A stretch of 64,000 nt of DNA from Elusimicrobiota bacterium (GTDB lineage: Bacteria; Elusimicrobiota; Elusimicrobia; F11). Below are positions 1 to 13,500 of this stretch, piece by piece (positions within the stretch are counted from its first letter, which is position 1; each line of letters begins with the position of its first letter). The notes below the pieces were generated by a model. That model did not search any database. It was not told the DNA's origin and saw only the letters and a list, made by a program, of their open reading frames with translations. The stretch spans positions 160,001-224,000 of the forward strand of contig JBGAON010000005.1 in the NCBI GenBank assembly GCA_044221725.1, given 5' to 3'. The position numbers were made by a program, and so were the translations under genes.

Positions 1-1346
1 CGCGCATGCACGATCTCGCCTCGCAAGGCCTCGTCGTTGAAGAATTCTTAGATGGAGTGACGCGCTACACATTGAAACTGCCGACAAACGCGGTCGACTT
101 GCGTGCGGACTCTGTTTCGACGAATTCTGGGGGCGCTGCGTCAGCGGCGGGCTATCACGGGCTTATCGTGTTTTTTACGCCGAGTCGAAAAGTTTTGATC
201 GCTTCCGTGCTTTTGTTGGTAACAGAAATTGGCGGACTTTTGTGGGGAAATTCCCATTCGTTGTTGCTTGGGGCCACCATCGCTGCCGCGGCTCCGTTTC
301 ATGTCGTTTTTGCGGAGCAAGGCAAAGATCCGTGGCTCGCGCGCGCCAATCAAAATGACCAGATGCTCGGTCATGTGTTGACTTGGGGGCTTTATCCGCT
401 CGCGTTTCTTGCGATGCGCGGCTTATCGGCGATGATGTTGCCGTTGCCAGCGGTCGCTTATGTTCCTCTGGCCGCTGCGGTCGCCTATCATTTGCAAAAA
501 GATTTTCGCTATTTCCGCCAAACGTTGAACCGCATTCGTGCTGCTGAAAAAATTGCGGCCGTGAATCACGCAATCGAAAGTTCCCCAGCGGATTCCAACG
601 GGAATGCGAGCGTGCAACACGTGCTCGCGAATCTTCGAGCGCGGGATCGCAAAGATGGCGGTCTCTCCAAAAATATTTCGGAACTCACGCCACATTTAAC
701 GAACAAAATTTGCACGTCACCGCTGTTGAGATGGTCGCGGATCGTCATGTTAAGCGCTGCAATGTTGGGGACGAACGGAATAAGCCAAGCGAACACCGCC
801 AACGTGAAGCTCGACCGCGGGAGCAACATCGTCACGGTTGTGGTTATGGACGCGAGCGATGTCGAAGACAAAAAGGGAAGCCTGTTGCACGACACGCTGC
901 GCAATATCGAAAAGCAGATTCGAGAGGGGAAGCTTGGCGCGACGGTCACCGTGGCCATCCCGGAATCGATGGTGGAAGACGCTTCCGCTCTCAGGGAAAG
1001 TGCCAAGCGATTGGCGCTTGATTTTGACGTTCCGGTCGTCGTGACGATTGACCGCGCGATAATCGGTCGAGGATTTGATCAACCGAACCGTTTCACGTTG
1101 AACCAACACTACGATGACGCTACGAGAGAAGTTGATAATCACGGTTCGCACAAGGCCGCGGAAAAAATTCGTTTCTACCAAAACAAAAATTTTGCGGGCG
1201 TGAACGTGAAAGTGGTGGCTTCGAAAGCGACGCCGTACACGGCGAATGGCGCGCTGACCCAAATTGCGCAGATGACAATTGCTGGCGTGACGATTTCTAT
1301 CAGCGAAGCAATCAAGCTCGCCGAACTCGCCTACAAGATGGCGTAA
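1..1346 (+). CDS. 3' part of a membrane protein, probably another member of the giant-protein family (5' end outside window)
   Basis: Frame is open from the window edge. It has a hydrophobic TM bundle, then an alpha/beta C-terminal domain ending ...ISISEAIKLAELAYKMA* (GCG TAA), like the ends of the three downstream giants. Confidence 0.7.
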   Translation, partial: RMHDLASQGLVVEEFLDGVTRYTLKLPTNAVDLRADSVSTNSGGAASAAGYHGLIVFFTPSRKVLIASVLLLVTEIGGLLWGNSHSLLLGATIAAAAPFHVVFAEQGKDPWLARANQNDQMLGHVLTWGLYPLAFLAMRGLSAMMLPLPAVAYVPLAAAVAYHLQKDFRYFRQTLNRIRAAEKIAAVNHAIESSPADSNGNASVQHVLANLRARDRKDGGLSKNISELTPHLTNKICTSPLLRWSRIVMLSAAMLGTNGISQANTANVKLDRGSNIVTVVVMDASDVEDKKGSLLHDTLRNIEKQIREGKLGATVTVAIPESMVEDASALRESAKRLALDFDVPVVVTIDRAIIGRGFDQPNRFTLNQHYDDATREVDNHGSHKAAEKIRFYQNKNFAGVNVKVVASKATPYTANGALTQIAQMTIAGVTISISEAIKLAELAYKMA

Positions 1347-1423
1347 CACAATCCTAGTCGCTTTTTTCCGTCGATCTTTAAGCAAACACATCTATAAATC
1401 AGTTCGTTTTTCGACGGAATTCG

Positions 1424-1477
1424 TTTACTGAAAATTTACTACTTCTTAAGGCAAACTTAATCCACTTCCGATAGCCT
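1424..1477 (+). promoter_or_regulatory. Conserved promoter box, copy 1 (TTTAC-N6-TTTAC-N5-CTTAA-N6-CTTAA-N11-TAnnnT)
   Basis: TTTAC at 1424 and 1435, CTTAA at 1445 and 1456, TAGCCT at 1472. Spacing is identical to the copies at 29152 and 35177. A GGGAGG RBS precedes TTG 1507. Confidence 0.8.
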
Positions 1478-1506
1478 GTCTTATAAGAATTCGGGGGGGA
1501 GGCCTT

Positions 1507-4500
1507 TTGATTCAATTCCGACGCGTATCCACGATGATATTTGCGCCAAAAACAATCGCGATTTTGTTGGTTTCGGTTCTCACATACGAAACTGTTGGTA
1601 CACCTCTAGCAGAAGCCAGTCAATACAGCTCGCTGTGGTCCGAACGACGCAAAACTTCCTCTGCCACTCAAAACGAAAACGGCCAGAATCTTCTCGCTTC
1701 GCTTCCGTCCCAGTCTCTTCTGAAGCAAATGCCGTCGGTGAAAGCGGCGCTTCCGTCCTCCGTCGTAACAACACCGATCTCGAATGAAGCAAGAAAAATT
1801 CCGCCGGTGTTGCGCGCGCTCGTGGCGGCTGTTCCCCAGAATCAGGGCATCGTGAGAGAAATTTATGCTCCTCTCTCATCGAGCAACGAACCGATTGTGT
1901 TGGCGCAAGACGTGCACATGAATTCGGAAGCGCAAATGAATTTGGCCGGGGTCATCCAAAATATTGTGCGCGAAAACAAAATTGATGTGATCGGAGTTGA
2001 AGGAGCGTTTGCGCCGTTCGATTTTGCTCTCGCACGCAAAAGCGGTTCAACGGAATCGCGCACACAATTGGCCAAGGCTTTTATGGACAAAAAACTCATG
2101 GGCGCTGCTTCCTACATTGGTCTCGTGAACGATTCGCTACCGCCCATCGTCGGTGTCGACGATGAGAAACACTACGATGCGAACGTGCTTGCGTATTTGA
2201 CGATCCGGCCGATGAAAAAGAAGACGCAGAAAGACCTTCAGAAGCTCAAGCGAAACTTGGATGAACGAAAGGCACAGGAATTCTCGAAAGAAATGCTCGC
2301 GTTCGACGCGTTGCGCAGCGGTTACCACGAAGGAACAATCCCGTTTGGTGTGTATGTAAAAAAGCTTTCGGCGCTCAGCTATCAGCTTGTTGATAGTTCG
2401 TCTTCGCCGGACAGCGGAAAGCGGATCGCTGAAAGCTCTCTCGCCGTTGAGCAGTTCATCGCCGCGTACGAAATGGAAAAGTCACTCGACTTTGCGCGCG
2501 TCGAAGCCGAACGCCGACGCGTGATCGAGAAACTCGCATCGGTGCTCAAAGGCGAGGATGTCACGACGCTCATCAATCACAGCGTTGCGTACAAGAACGG
2601 ACAGATCGGTTTTGGAACTTACTACCGTTTCCTTAAAAATTTGTGCGAAAGCAATGGCGTGCGCCTAAGCGACACGACCGCGTTCGATAACTACGTTCGT
2701 TATGTCTTGCTGTCCGACGGTATCAAAGCGGATCAATTGTTCGCAGAAATCACGAACATAGAAGACCGGGTGACAAAGGCGCTCGCACGCACGCCCGTCG
2801 AAAAGCAGTTGGCTGACGAAGCCGAGCATCTCGCGCTGGCGAACAAGCTCATTGAGTTTGAGTTGACGCCGGAGGAATGGGCCAAGTATTCGTCATCCGG
2901 GCATGATTTTGGCCGGGATCTAGGTGCTCTTGAGGATTTGACCGCTTTTGAAAATTTCTACCGTGAAGCCGATATCCGCAGCCACCGCATGCTCTCGAAT
3001 TTGCTGGGACGAAATCGCCAGCGGGCATCGGTTCTGCTCACCGGCGGTTTTCACACCTCGCAAATGACGTCGTTGCTCAAAGAGAAGAAAATACCCTACA
3101 TCGTCGTGTCGCCGAAGCTCACAAAAGTCTCTGAGGACGAATCGGGCAGCGCGTACCTAAGCGAATTCTCACGGGAAAAAACTCCGCTTGAGAAAATGTT
3201 CAGCGGTTCAAAACTTTTTGTTCTGCCAAAAACACAAATGGCCGGTTCGGCGGGCGGCCTCACAACATTCAAAGCGTTTGTGGTTTTCTTGATCGGTATT
3301 GCCGGCCTATCCACGGGAAAAACCCGGGCGGATGTGGATTTGACCATCAACAATGTTCCGGTGCACGCGGTGGTTCAGCGCGGCGATATCCGCGGCGCTG
3401 TCGAAACCGTGGAGTTATCAGAGAAGGGTACCCCACAAACCTATTCTCTTTTGTATCCGTCGCTTTCAGCGCGCGGCATGGATTTCTTTTTTAATCGCGT
3501 CGCTTCACCGAAACGGCTCGTCATGGCCTTGGGCGGCATTTTAAGCGCTGTATTGCTGTCGCCCGCTCCGGCTCAAGCGGCTTTGGCCCCAAGGCTCTAT
3601 GGCGTGGCCGCCGAAACGTTGTGGGGGGCCGCCGGTGGCGCGTTAATTTTTTCGCTTATCATCGGCAATTTTTTGTGGACCCGTTTCAATACACGGGAAC
3701 CAAGAGTGAGCCCGCAACCCGACAATCGTTTTCGTCCAGGCCTCGACCAATTGGAGCAAAAAGAAACCCCGGCGAACCTGAACGTGTGGGTGGATCCGAA
3801 TGGTGTTGTGCGCCCCGATGTTTTAACCGGGGGATTTAGCGATCAAGAATCAAAATCCGGTTTGCCGAGCGTGGAAGTTCGATTGGCCGATGGTTTCCAT
3901 TTCTCGAACGGGGATCTCGTGCGCGTTTCGCTCAGTGGTCCGGCGGGTTCGCAATCTTCCGGCTGGGTTCCAGCGGCCGATCGCATGGTTTTCCCCTACC
4001 ACGGCGAAACGGGCATGGGGCTGCGCGCCGTGCATGCGGATGGAACAGACGCCGTCGCAACTGCCGTGCCGGGAAGTTTCGCAACGGCAATCCCCGTCTC
4101 GGAAGCGGCGCCTGGCAATCTCGGTTCGTTCGATTTGTTTACGGTGCGCACGCCTCCCGAAGAACCGGTTCAAGACCGAATCAGCGTGAACAACCAAAGC
4201 GTGAACGGTGACCGCGTGCAATTGCAGTATTCGTTACCGTCCGACATGTTGGTTCGGTTCTCGCACGTAAACGCCGGAGCCAACGGCCAAACCGAACTTG
4301 GGTCGGGAACCGACTTTTTACCGGCGACACAGTTTAAAGACGGATACGCGATTCTCATTGCGAACGGACCGCTGAGAGCCGGGAATTCTGCTGATATCGG
4401 ATTTGCGGCGTATCGGTTGGATGCCTCGGGAAATTACGTCGAAGTGAAATTTCAGCCGGGGGAACCCGATTTGCCAATAACGGCCACGCTGGCGAACGCC

Positions 4501-7500
4501 GCCATGATTCCTGACAACCGCTTAACACCCACCAACACCTACACGCTTCAGCCGGACGGAATGGGTGGGTTTTTCATGAACGTGCCGGCGGGCACAAAGA
4601 GCGTTGCTTTTACCGTGAACAGCTTGGCCAACGCCGATCAATTCGTTTTCACACAATCCCATAAAAATGGGAACGGCGACATCGTTGTGGATGCGTTGAC
4701 GCCTTTTGCTTCGGACGACCAGCATCGTTACGTGTTGAACCTTTTACCGGGCGTGACCTCCGTCGGAATTGCGGCGTTTGCGGACAACCAGATTGTGAGC
4801 ATTCCCGATTCCGAGTTTGCGATTGGTACGGTGTTTGAAAATATAGCGGCTGATGCGATGGCGAACAACGGCCGATTGCTCACATTGACGCAAGATCAAA
4901 AAGCGGCGTTCGTGGTGGTAGATCCGGCGAACACGGGACACGTTCAAATTTTCGCGCCCGATCAACCGAACGCGAACGAATTCTTCATTGTTCGTAATCG
5001 CACGGACGAATTCGGCAACACGGTCGCTATTGACGCGCAGATCGTTCCTGATAATCAAACGTTCTATTCGGTGAATGTTGATGATCCTCGCACCACATCG
5101 GTCAGTATTCGACCGTTATCCGTTTCTGATAAGGGTTTCTCCGCGGTGCCCTTTGCGAACGGACTTCTTAAAGCGGATTTAACCAGGCAGTCGGTCGCGA
5201 ACGCACTTCCAATGACGGTCCGGCTGTTGCAGCCCGGGGACAAACAGGGAACGAGCTTCGTGATGACCGTGAATGCCGAGGTTCGGAACGTCAAGCTGCG
5301 CGTGAACGACTTGAACGGGGATCGGTTGTTCGTGACTTATTCCCAGGAAATTGCGTTCGAGGACGGAACAAAAGCAAATGTGCCAATGGTCGCCGCCATC
5401 GAACCCGACAACGAAGGATCGTATTCGTTTAACAAGCCCGAGGGCGCAAGCGGATTTGGTTTCCAAGAATTGATTCGAAACGCGGACGGTAGTTTCGATT
5501 TCACGACGATACCGTTGGACAGTATTGTTATCGCGCAAACGGCGAGGCGCGCGGACCCGAACGCGCGCGCAATGGAGCTTCGGATCTTAACCCCGGCATT
5601 CTTTGCAAATGCCGAGGGCGTGAACGAGTTGCGCTCGAACATTCTTGGAATCGCCATTCCCGAAGGGGCACAAAGTTTCGATGTGAACGAGATCGGACTG
5701 CGAATTCCTTTGAGCGACCACGTCAAATTTAATTTCACAAACGCCGAAGGGAAGATTATTTCCCAATTCGTATTGCCGCCTTTCGGTTCGTCCGCTTATA
5801 ACGCGCTCGTCTCGAGTGGAAAATTGCGTGTGACCGTGAACAACGGATACTTCACGTCAATCGTCCTCAATCTACAAACGGCTGGTGCCACGGCTTTTGC
5901 AATTGAAGTAACGCGGCCAAACGGAGCGCCCGAGCCTGTGGTGGGCACTGTTACCGTTCGCTTCTCTCCCACGGTGGGCCAACGCTCGATTGCGCCAATA
6001 GCGGTTTCTCCTTCCACGAATCCCCAACCGGTGGTCAACATTTTCCCGCAGTTTCCGTCGAACCCCTCCGTGGGACTTATCGGTTTCGGCGGGTCGTCTC
6101 TCGATAACACAACGTCCTCTGTTTTCAGTTACAGCAACATGAGCGGGCGCTGGCAGTACGATATCGGTATCGGATGGTATTGGGTCGACTACACAAAGAG
6201 CGGTGCGCCCAGTATAACGCCTGCAAAGAATAGGCCTCAATTGGAAGATGTGCCGCTCAGCTACAGCATTGTTATTTCGTACCGGCTCGAGATTGGGAAC
6301 GAGACGCCAAATGTTCAGGCGCTGTTGAGGAATGACGGTACCCTTATCGTTGAACGCGATATTAATATTGATCAGGCTCCGCTGGAGAGCGTGACGCTCA
6401 ATGGCCTTGTCGACGACAATGGAAATCAAATTGAAAGCGTGAACGTCCGCTTCGTGGCGCGGGGGCGAGAGCGAGAACTCAAAAATCTTAAAGTCACGAA
6501 CGGGAAAATCAGAATTCGTACGCCGATTGATCTGCCGACCACGACGCGTTTTGAAATTCGGTCCGCCGAAGGCAAGCGTGTTGGAAAACCATCCCGCATT
6601 GAAGTGAATCAAAATGATGAAGGCTTGCTGCCGGACCAAGCGCCGATTGTTGTCGATAAAATGCCGACGCCGTTAAAAACACAGTTGCCGTGGAAAGGTG
6701 TTCAGTTTGTATCGGCGCGTCACACGTCGCTGGGGGATGCTCCGGACGCGGCGGAACAAAATGCGGTGGCCGCAATCGAAGGTCCTTTTGTTGGACAAGC
6801 GTCGCAAACCAACGGAACGAGCCGTGCCAGTGAAACAACGTCCTCGCCGAGTTTTGTCGTGCGCGTGCTGTGGAATTATTTCGGTTGGTTGATTGGCCCC
6901 GTGTTGTTCGTGGCTTTTTTTATTCGAGAAACCGTCGAGAAGAAATTAAAAGCAATTCCACGCGCGGACAGCGCGCGCGAACCAATTGTGATCGACGGCC
7001 TGGTGCCACCACCGAACAATCTAATTCCCGCGGTTGCCGACATGCCGGCCGCGGTTCCCAATTCGACCGTCGCCGTCTCCGAAGGCCGCTCGCCTCCGGT
7101 GCGCCACCTCATTTTCGCCGCCGTTTTTTACGCCGCACTCTTTTTCGTCGTTCTTCCTTTTGTTTCTACCACGCTCGCTCATTGGGGCGACCTGTTGTCC
7201 GCTCTTCCGTCCACCAGCCCATGGATCTTCCCGGCTCGCGCGCTTCAATCGATAGTTGGTTTGTCGTCGTGGATGCTGTTCTTTACCGGCAATGTTGTCA
7301 TGGTGCTCATGCTGCTCAATTTGCAAACGCGGTTTCACGTTGGGCGCAAGGCCTTGTTGGTTCAATCGCTGGTGTTGTCGGCCGCGGCGGCGGCCGGGCT
7401 TGTCAGCGTCAGCACGGGACTCTTTATTCTGGCAACAATTGGGTTTGTCGCGATCTCGCGCACGAGACTGGGAGCGGCGGTTGGTCAATGGATCGCACAT

Positions 7501-10500
7501 CCATTCAAAGAAGCGGACCCCAAAGAAAAGAAACAACTTTCGCTGCTCGGAAGATTTCAACAATCAATCACACATTTGCCGCTGGGTCTCATGAAGACGA
7601 TGTATTCGTTCGGCTTCGAACCGATCGATCGATTGGTTCTTTTGATGATGGGTCGCCCGGTCGCCGGCGAACGGAGCCGCTCGGAACGACTGTTCAATCG
7701 CATGCCGCTTGTAGCGCAATTAATGGCGTTGCCGTTCTTCGCGGCGAATGCGCTTCTCGGCAAGCGCCTGAAACTTAAGCTCTACAGTTTCGCGACCCAG
7801 ATCGTTCTCATCACTGTTTTCTCCGGACTCGCTGTTCTTATCGCGCCAATGTTCGGTTTGGACCCAACGCTCACGCTGTCGTGGATGATGAACTTCAATA
7901 TGCTGGATCCGACCGCCACCGGCTGGGCGCACAATGTGATTCAGGATGGTGGCGTCGTCGGTGCGCTGCTGCAAATTTTCACGGTCTTCGCGATTTTAAA
8001 CTCCTATGTGCTGCAGGTGATTCTCACGTTCTTCTCATCGCGTCGCACGCAGCCGAATTTGGGAATTGGTCGCCGGTTTTCATTGTCGTTGCGCTCCGGG
8101 TTTTCGGCGTTCAAATTCCTCGAGGGTCTCCATTGGGTGAGTTTCGAAATCGAAATCCTCAAATACATGAGCGGCTTTGTTTCTCCGCTGCACGATTTGG
8201 TTTTGACGATTGAAGGGCACTCGGGTGTGCTCGGCGCCGGAGATGAAGCGGTGCAACGCGCGGTGGCACCGTTCGGCGTGAGCCCAGACAACCTCACGCG
8301 ATTTATTCCGTGGACCACGGGCTTGAGCCACAGCGAACTTATGCAACTTGCTCCCATTCAACGCACCATCCGTGATCAAGCAAAAGAATTATCGGCGGTC
8401 GTAAAGGCGAGGGACTTAAGTGAGGTCGCAAATCGCCAAGTGTGGCTAAAAGCGCTGCGATCGGAACGCGACACCGTGCTCAAGTCGATCAAGGCGCTCG
8501 AAGATCAGGCCGCGGTTTCACCGGCGGAGCGCGCGATGGTAGCGGAAAGAATGAGCGCGGAGAATAAATGGATTCAAGAAATCGACGCGCTCGCCGCTGC
8601 TGTAACGATCGATACGATTACGCTGGAGCAGAAGCAGATTGTTGTGGCCAAGCTTGGTGAGCGTCTGCAGAGTTCTGAAGCGCAACTCGCAAAGATTAAA
8701 GACGTCGCAACCAAAGCCACTGCCAAACATCGGTCGCACGTTGAGCTGGCGGCGCCGGCCGACACGAACAAAGAGGTCACGGTTCCTGCGGACACAAAGA
8801 ACGGCGCGGGGGGCGGTGGGGACAAAAACAAAACTTTGAATAACGACGATACGGCGTCGCTTCCGAAGAATTCGGCCAACGTGCTTGCGTCCATTCAAAA
8901 GAACGTGGACGAATCCGTAAAACGCGGCGAGCGAGCAGTGGCCGCGGCCCAGCGTGAAACGGCCGCCAAAGATCGTGCCGTTGCGCAGAAAGAATTGGAC
9001 GCGCTCGCGCCGGCGTTGACGGCGCTCGCGGGTCGCTACGAAAAGGTCACGAAAGAATTGCAGGCGCTTCGGGACCGGTTGAAAGCCGCGACATCCGAGA
9101 AAGTGGTTGGTGTTGATTTGCGCGCGGCAAACGAACGGTTCGATGCGGAATCGAAACGCACAAAAGACTTGGTGGCGCGGTACGACAACGACCAACGGCC
9201 GGATGTTCGACATTTCCTGAACATCGTTGAACGAAATGGAATCGTTTTGCGACCCGACAACACGTACGTGGCGCTCACGCGTGCGGATGTTCCGAAACTG
9301 AAATTCGACGCCGCTGGAAAACTGACGCTCGCGGGCTCGAATGGCACCGTGTGGTTGGGCCAGCAAACAATTGAGCGCTTGCGCTTGCACGCCGTGGCCT
9401 CCGCTTTGGGTGCCGATGTGGAAGCGACGCTGCTGCAACTTGGAAGAAATCCCGTGGTCGACGCGCAGTTCGAGTTCGGCCGCGCCGTGTCGGTCGCATC
9501 GGGTCGTGAATATAGCGTGCCGCAAAACCGCATTGGTGGTCTTGCGGTATCCAGCGATGGAAGCCTGGTGGCCGAGAGCGTTGAAGGCACGCTTCGAGTT
9601 CAATTGTCCGAGAAAGGTCTCGACGTGTTCGAGCCGATGTGGCTCGGCAAGAAAATCGAAGTTCTTGAGAAACAAGCAGAATCTTTGAAGCAGAAAAGAG
9701 TTCAAGATATCAGCGCTGCGCTTGAACAAAAAAATGAGGAATTGGCCTCGGTGGAAACGGATCGGAATGTTTTACGCGATCAGGTCGCAGCGCTCATGGC
9801 CAGAATTAATGGCGAAACCGTTCCGCCAAACGTCGTTAATAACGATGTGGTGCTCGTTAATCACCGTGATAACGTTCAATCTTTTGCGGACCTCAAAGAA
9901 AAGGTTCTCGCCGAGTCCGAGAAGCTCAAACAGAAGAACCGCAATGACAAGGGCTTCACGCTCGAAGATCCAACCGATCCGCAATCGCTCTCTCGCGTTG
10001 TGCAATACACGAACACGCAAGAGATTCGCAACGAGCTGAAAGCCGGCAACATTGGCCGCGCGCGTGACCTGTTAAAGAAATCGCTGAAAGGCCCGTCGAG
10101 CCACGGCGGACTTGCCACCACCATTGATGTGCGCTCTTTTGATCTTCGTGCCAACGAGCAGAGCGAAGACTTTGGCCCGATGTTGCTCATGGTGCAAGCC
10201 GGTCTTGAGGTTCTCGTGACCGACGCTCAGAAAGGAAATTTCGACAAGGAGCTTTTCTTCCAATTGAAGGATCTGTTGGATTACGCCCTCTTTTATCAGT
10301 TGCCAACCGGGGAGATTCCGCACGGCGTCACCTGGCGTCTGCTCACGCCCGAACTTCAAATTGATGCGAAAGCGTTCCGCATGATGCATCTGCTTACCGG
10401 TGAAGAAAAATATTTGAAGGCCGCCGACGCCTCCGAGCAGGCGCTCATGAAAATGTACGACCCCCAATCGAAGAAATTCCTTGCGCGCCGCGAAGACGGA

Positions 10501-13500
10501 AGACTCGACGAACCGGCGGACGTGCCCGGCTGGGCCATGTCGCAGCTTGGTCCTGAGAAATTGAAAGAGCGCGGAGTCGATGTCGAAGCGCTCGTTCAAC
10601 GCCTGCGCGAAATGCCCAAAGATCGGTTCATCGTTGAATGGCAAGTGAACCGCGCGTTTGGCCTCAAGCGCGGCATTGAATATTTGCGCAGCATCGGCAA
10701 CAACGCCGCGGCCGACGCTGCTCAGAAAGATTTGGAAAAAATGACGAATTTCTTGTTGTCGCTGGGGATGGCGTACGCGTACGAGCGTGACCTGAACAAT
10801 CCTGACAAATGGGTTCCGGCGCTCGGCAAGAGCATGGATTGGGGGGTCACGACACAGAGCGGCACCGAGAGCAACACAACGCGTGTTGCGCTCGAAGCGC
10901 TTGCGCGCGGTACCGATCCGATGCGTACGTTGCCGGACGAAGCTTATGTAAAGGCGCGCGCGTCCGTTCCGAAAGACAATCCGGCGCGAAAACCTTATTT
11001 CGGTCGCGGCACCGGTCCCACCTGGCGTACGAAAGAAGCGAGCCGCGATTTGTGGTTCGCCGATGCGCGCGCGAACGCGGCCAAGCAATTGTTGAAGCCC
11101 GACAACAATGTGTTGGCATTTATTCTGCCCGAAAAAATCGGCGATCCGGTTGAGAAAATTGAATATGCGGGCGCCGCCTCACAGGACAAGTTGCCGCCGA
11201 TCGCGTTCAAAACCATTTGGTTGAGCGCTGCTCCGTCGTGGGCAAAATTCGATGCGGACGGTTGGGCTCTGGCGCCGGAAAATCTGTACCAAGCGGGCTA
11301 CCGCGCAATTCAGCGGGATGAAAACGGTCGGCTTTATTTGTGGCGCCTTGGCGTCGACGTCGGAGAGGAAGCGCAACTCGAGAGAAACGAGGGAATTATT
11401 GAGATGCGCGAATGGGTTCGCGGAAAGACGCGGCCGGGCCGTCAAATTTTTGTTGATCCGGAATCCGGGCGAACGAACTTTAATTGGTTCGCAAAACGCG
11501 ACACCGGCTATCTGTATCTGCTCATGCAAATCACGGGCGGCATCATCGTTAATGAATCACAGGCACGCGGGAACAATATCACGACGAGCATTGGAGCGTT
11601 CATTCTGCGGGAGCAGTTGATCGCCGATCTCGAAACGCGACGCACCGTGGAAGCGGTTGCCAAAAAGGTGACCGATCCTATTTTGCGCGCGACGCTGCTC
11701 GATACGCTCGCTCGCGGGGCGCGCACCGAAGACGATCCGGCGCTGCGTGCATTATCGCTCCGAATGGCGCAGGTATCGCACGACGAAGAATTTGTTCGCT
11801 TGCGGCGCTTGTTGCGCGCCGACCCGAAACTTCGTGCGGGTTCCGCGGAGCTCGAACGCTACAACGACGTTCGCGCTCAGGTGATGGACCGGCTCACCGA
11901 AGTTTATGCCACGTATCGCAACGCGCGCCGCGCTATTTTCGCGTTGAACGATGTTGAAGCGCGGCTCGGCGATCGTCGGAATGCCGCGGATCTAAAAGTC
12001 ATCAGCGATGCAAAGAATCAATTGTGGATTTCGGCGAACGGCAAGAGAGAAATTTTTGTGTTCGGAAAAGAAAACGTGATGGCCGCCGAACGGCTTCTGC
12101 CAATGCTCGCGGAGCCAGCGAAAGCGGAGTTGCAGCGCAAGATCGATTTCGCGAAGCAGCATGGGCTCGACCTCGAAACCCCGGTTTTGAAAATTGGCCC
12201 GCGCACGTTTGGGTTGCCGAGACAAACGGCGTTTGATCGCATTTATTTTGACCGTATTGATGCGAACGCTATTTCAATTTGGCTGAACGCTATGGCCGAG
12301 TTGGATCCGGCGAAGCAAGAGCAGCTCCGCCAAGAATACGAATGGGCACGTCGAACAATGACCGCGCGTTGGGACAAAGCCGGCTTCGTGATGATTCCGG
12401 GAGCGATTGCGACCGAAGAACGCGCCGCGCTCGCGCAAATGGCCGATGATGGCGTCGTGCGCGCCACGGAGAAACAGCCCCGTATTGTCGGAAGCGAGCC
12501 GATTTATCCGATGTCTCTCGAAGGCAAAGTGGAAGCCGTTGAAGAAATCCTTCCGCAAGACCGACGAATTGAAGGGAACACATGGGTTCGCATCACGCGC
12601 GCGAAGTTGCCGCCGGTGCTCGGTGTGCGCAGCCCGCGCGGAGAAATCATCGCGGTCATTCGGTCCAACGAGTTCGGAAAACTCAAGGTAAACGGTCGTC
12701 CACTCGAAGAGTTGAGATTTCCGCTGAACGAAATTACCAGCGTCTCCGGCGACGGCCTCTATTTAACGATGAACGAATTCGATCCGGTGCGCGGCCGCTT
12801 CGCTGGATATTCTACGTATCACTTTGGCGCCAACGAATCGAACTTTGCGGCGAAAGGCTTCATGACCACGGTGGGCCGGGCGTTGGTGGCAAGAAATCCG
12901 CTGACCCGCGTCGAATTGACCGCCAATCCGAACATCGCGAGCGAAATCACGGCCCGTGTTCGTTCGAACAACGGTGACAGCTGGGTCGATACCTACAGTT
13001 ATCCAACGTTCCAGGATCCGGAATCGAGAATCAAAGAACGCGTTTATCCGACGGGCCGTGTCGAGAAATACAGCGACTATCGGTTCAATGCCGTAACGGG
13101 CCAATGGGTCGCGGGTCGCACCGAGATCTATCAAGCGGGCGCCTTGAAATCCGTGAAGCTTGTGACCGGCATCGACGAACGAGGTCGTGTTTCCATTGAA
13201 GAACAAACGGTGCTCATGCGGCCCAAAGCCGGCAACGCGAAAGAATACGAACCGCGATTTGTTCCGACGCGCCGCGACCTCATGGACGGCCCGCATTTGG
13301 TAATGCGCGATGATCTCTCGAAAAACGAGCGCACCATTTACAATCTCGAACGCGAAAAAGAATACGAGCGTGCCGGATTCCGAGTGGAAGTGCCCGCGGA
13401 AGCCTTCGAACTGAGAAACGGCGCCGTCGGGAACAAAGTCGCTGACTTCACGGTGAGCGTGGAAGAATCAAACGCCGTGCTCGCGTCGGTCACGATCACG

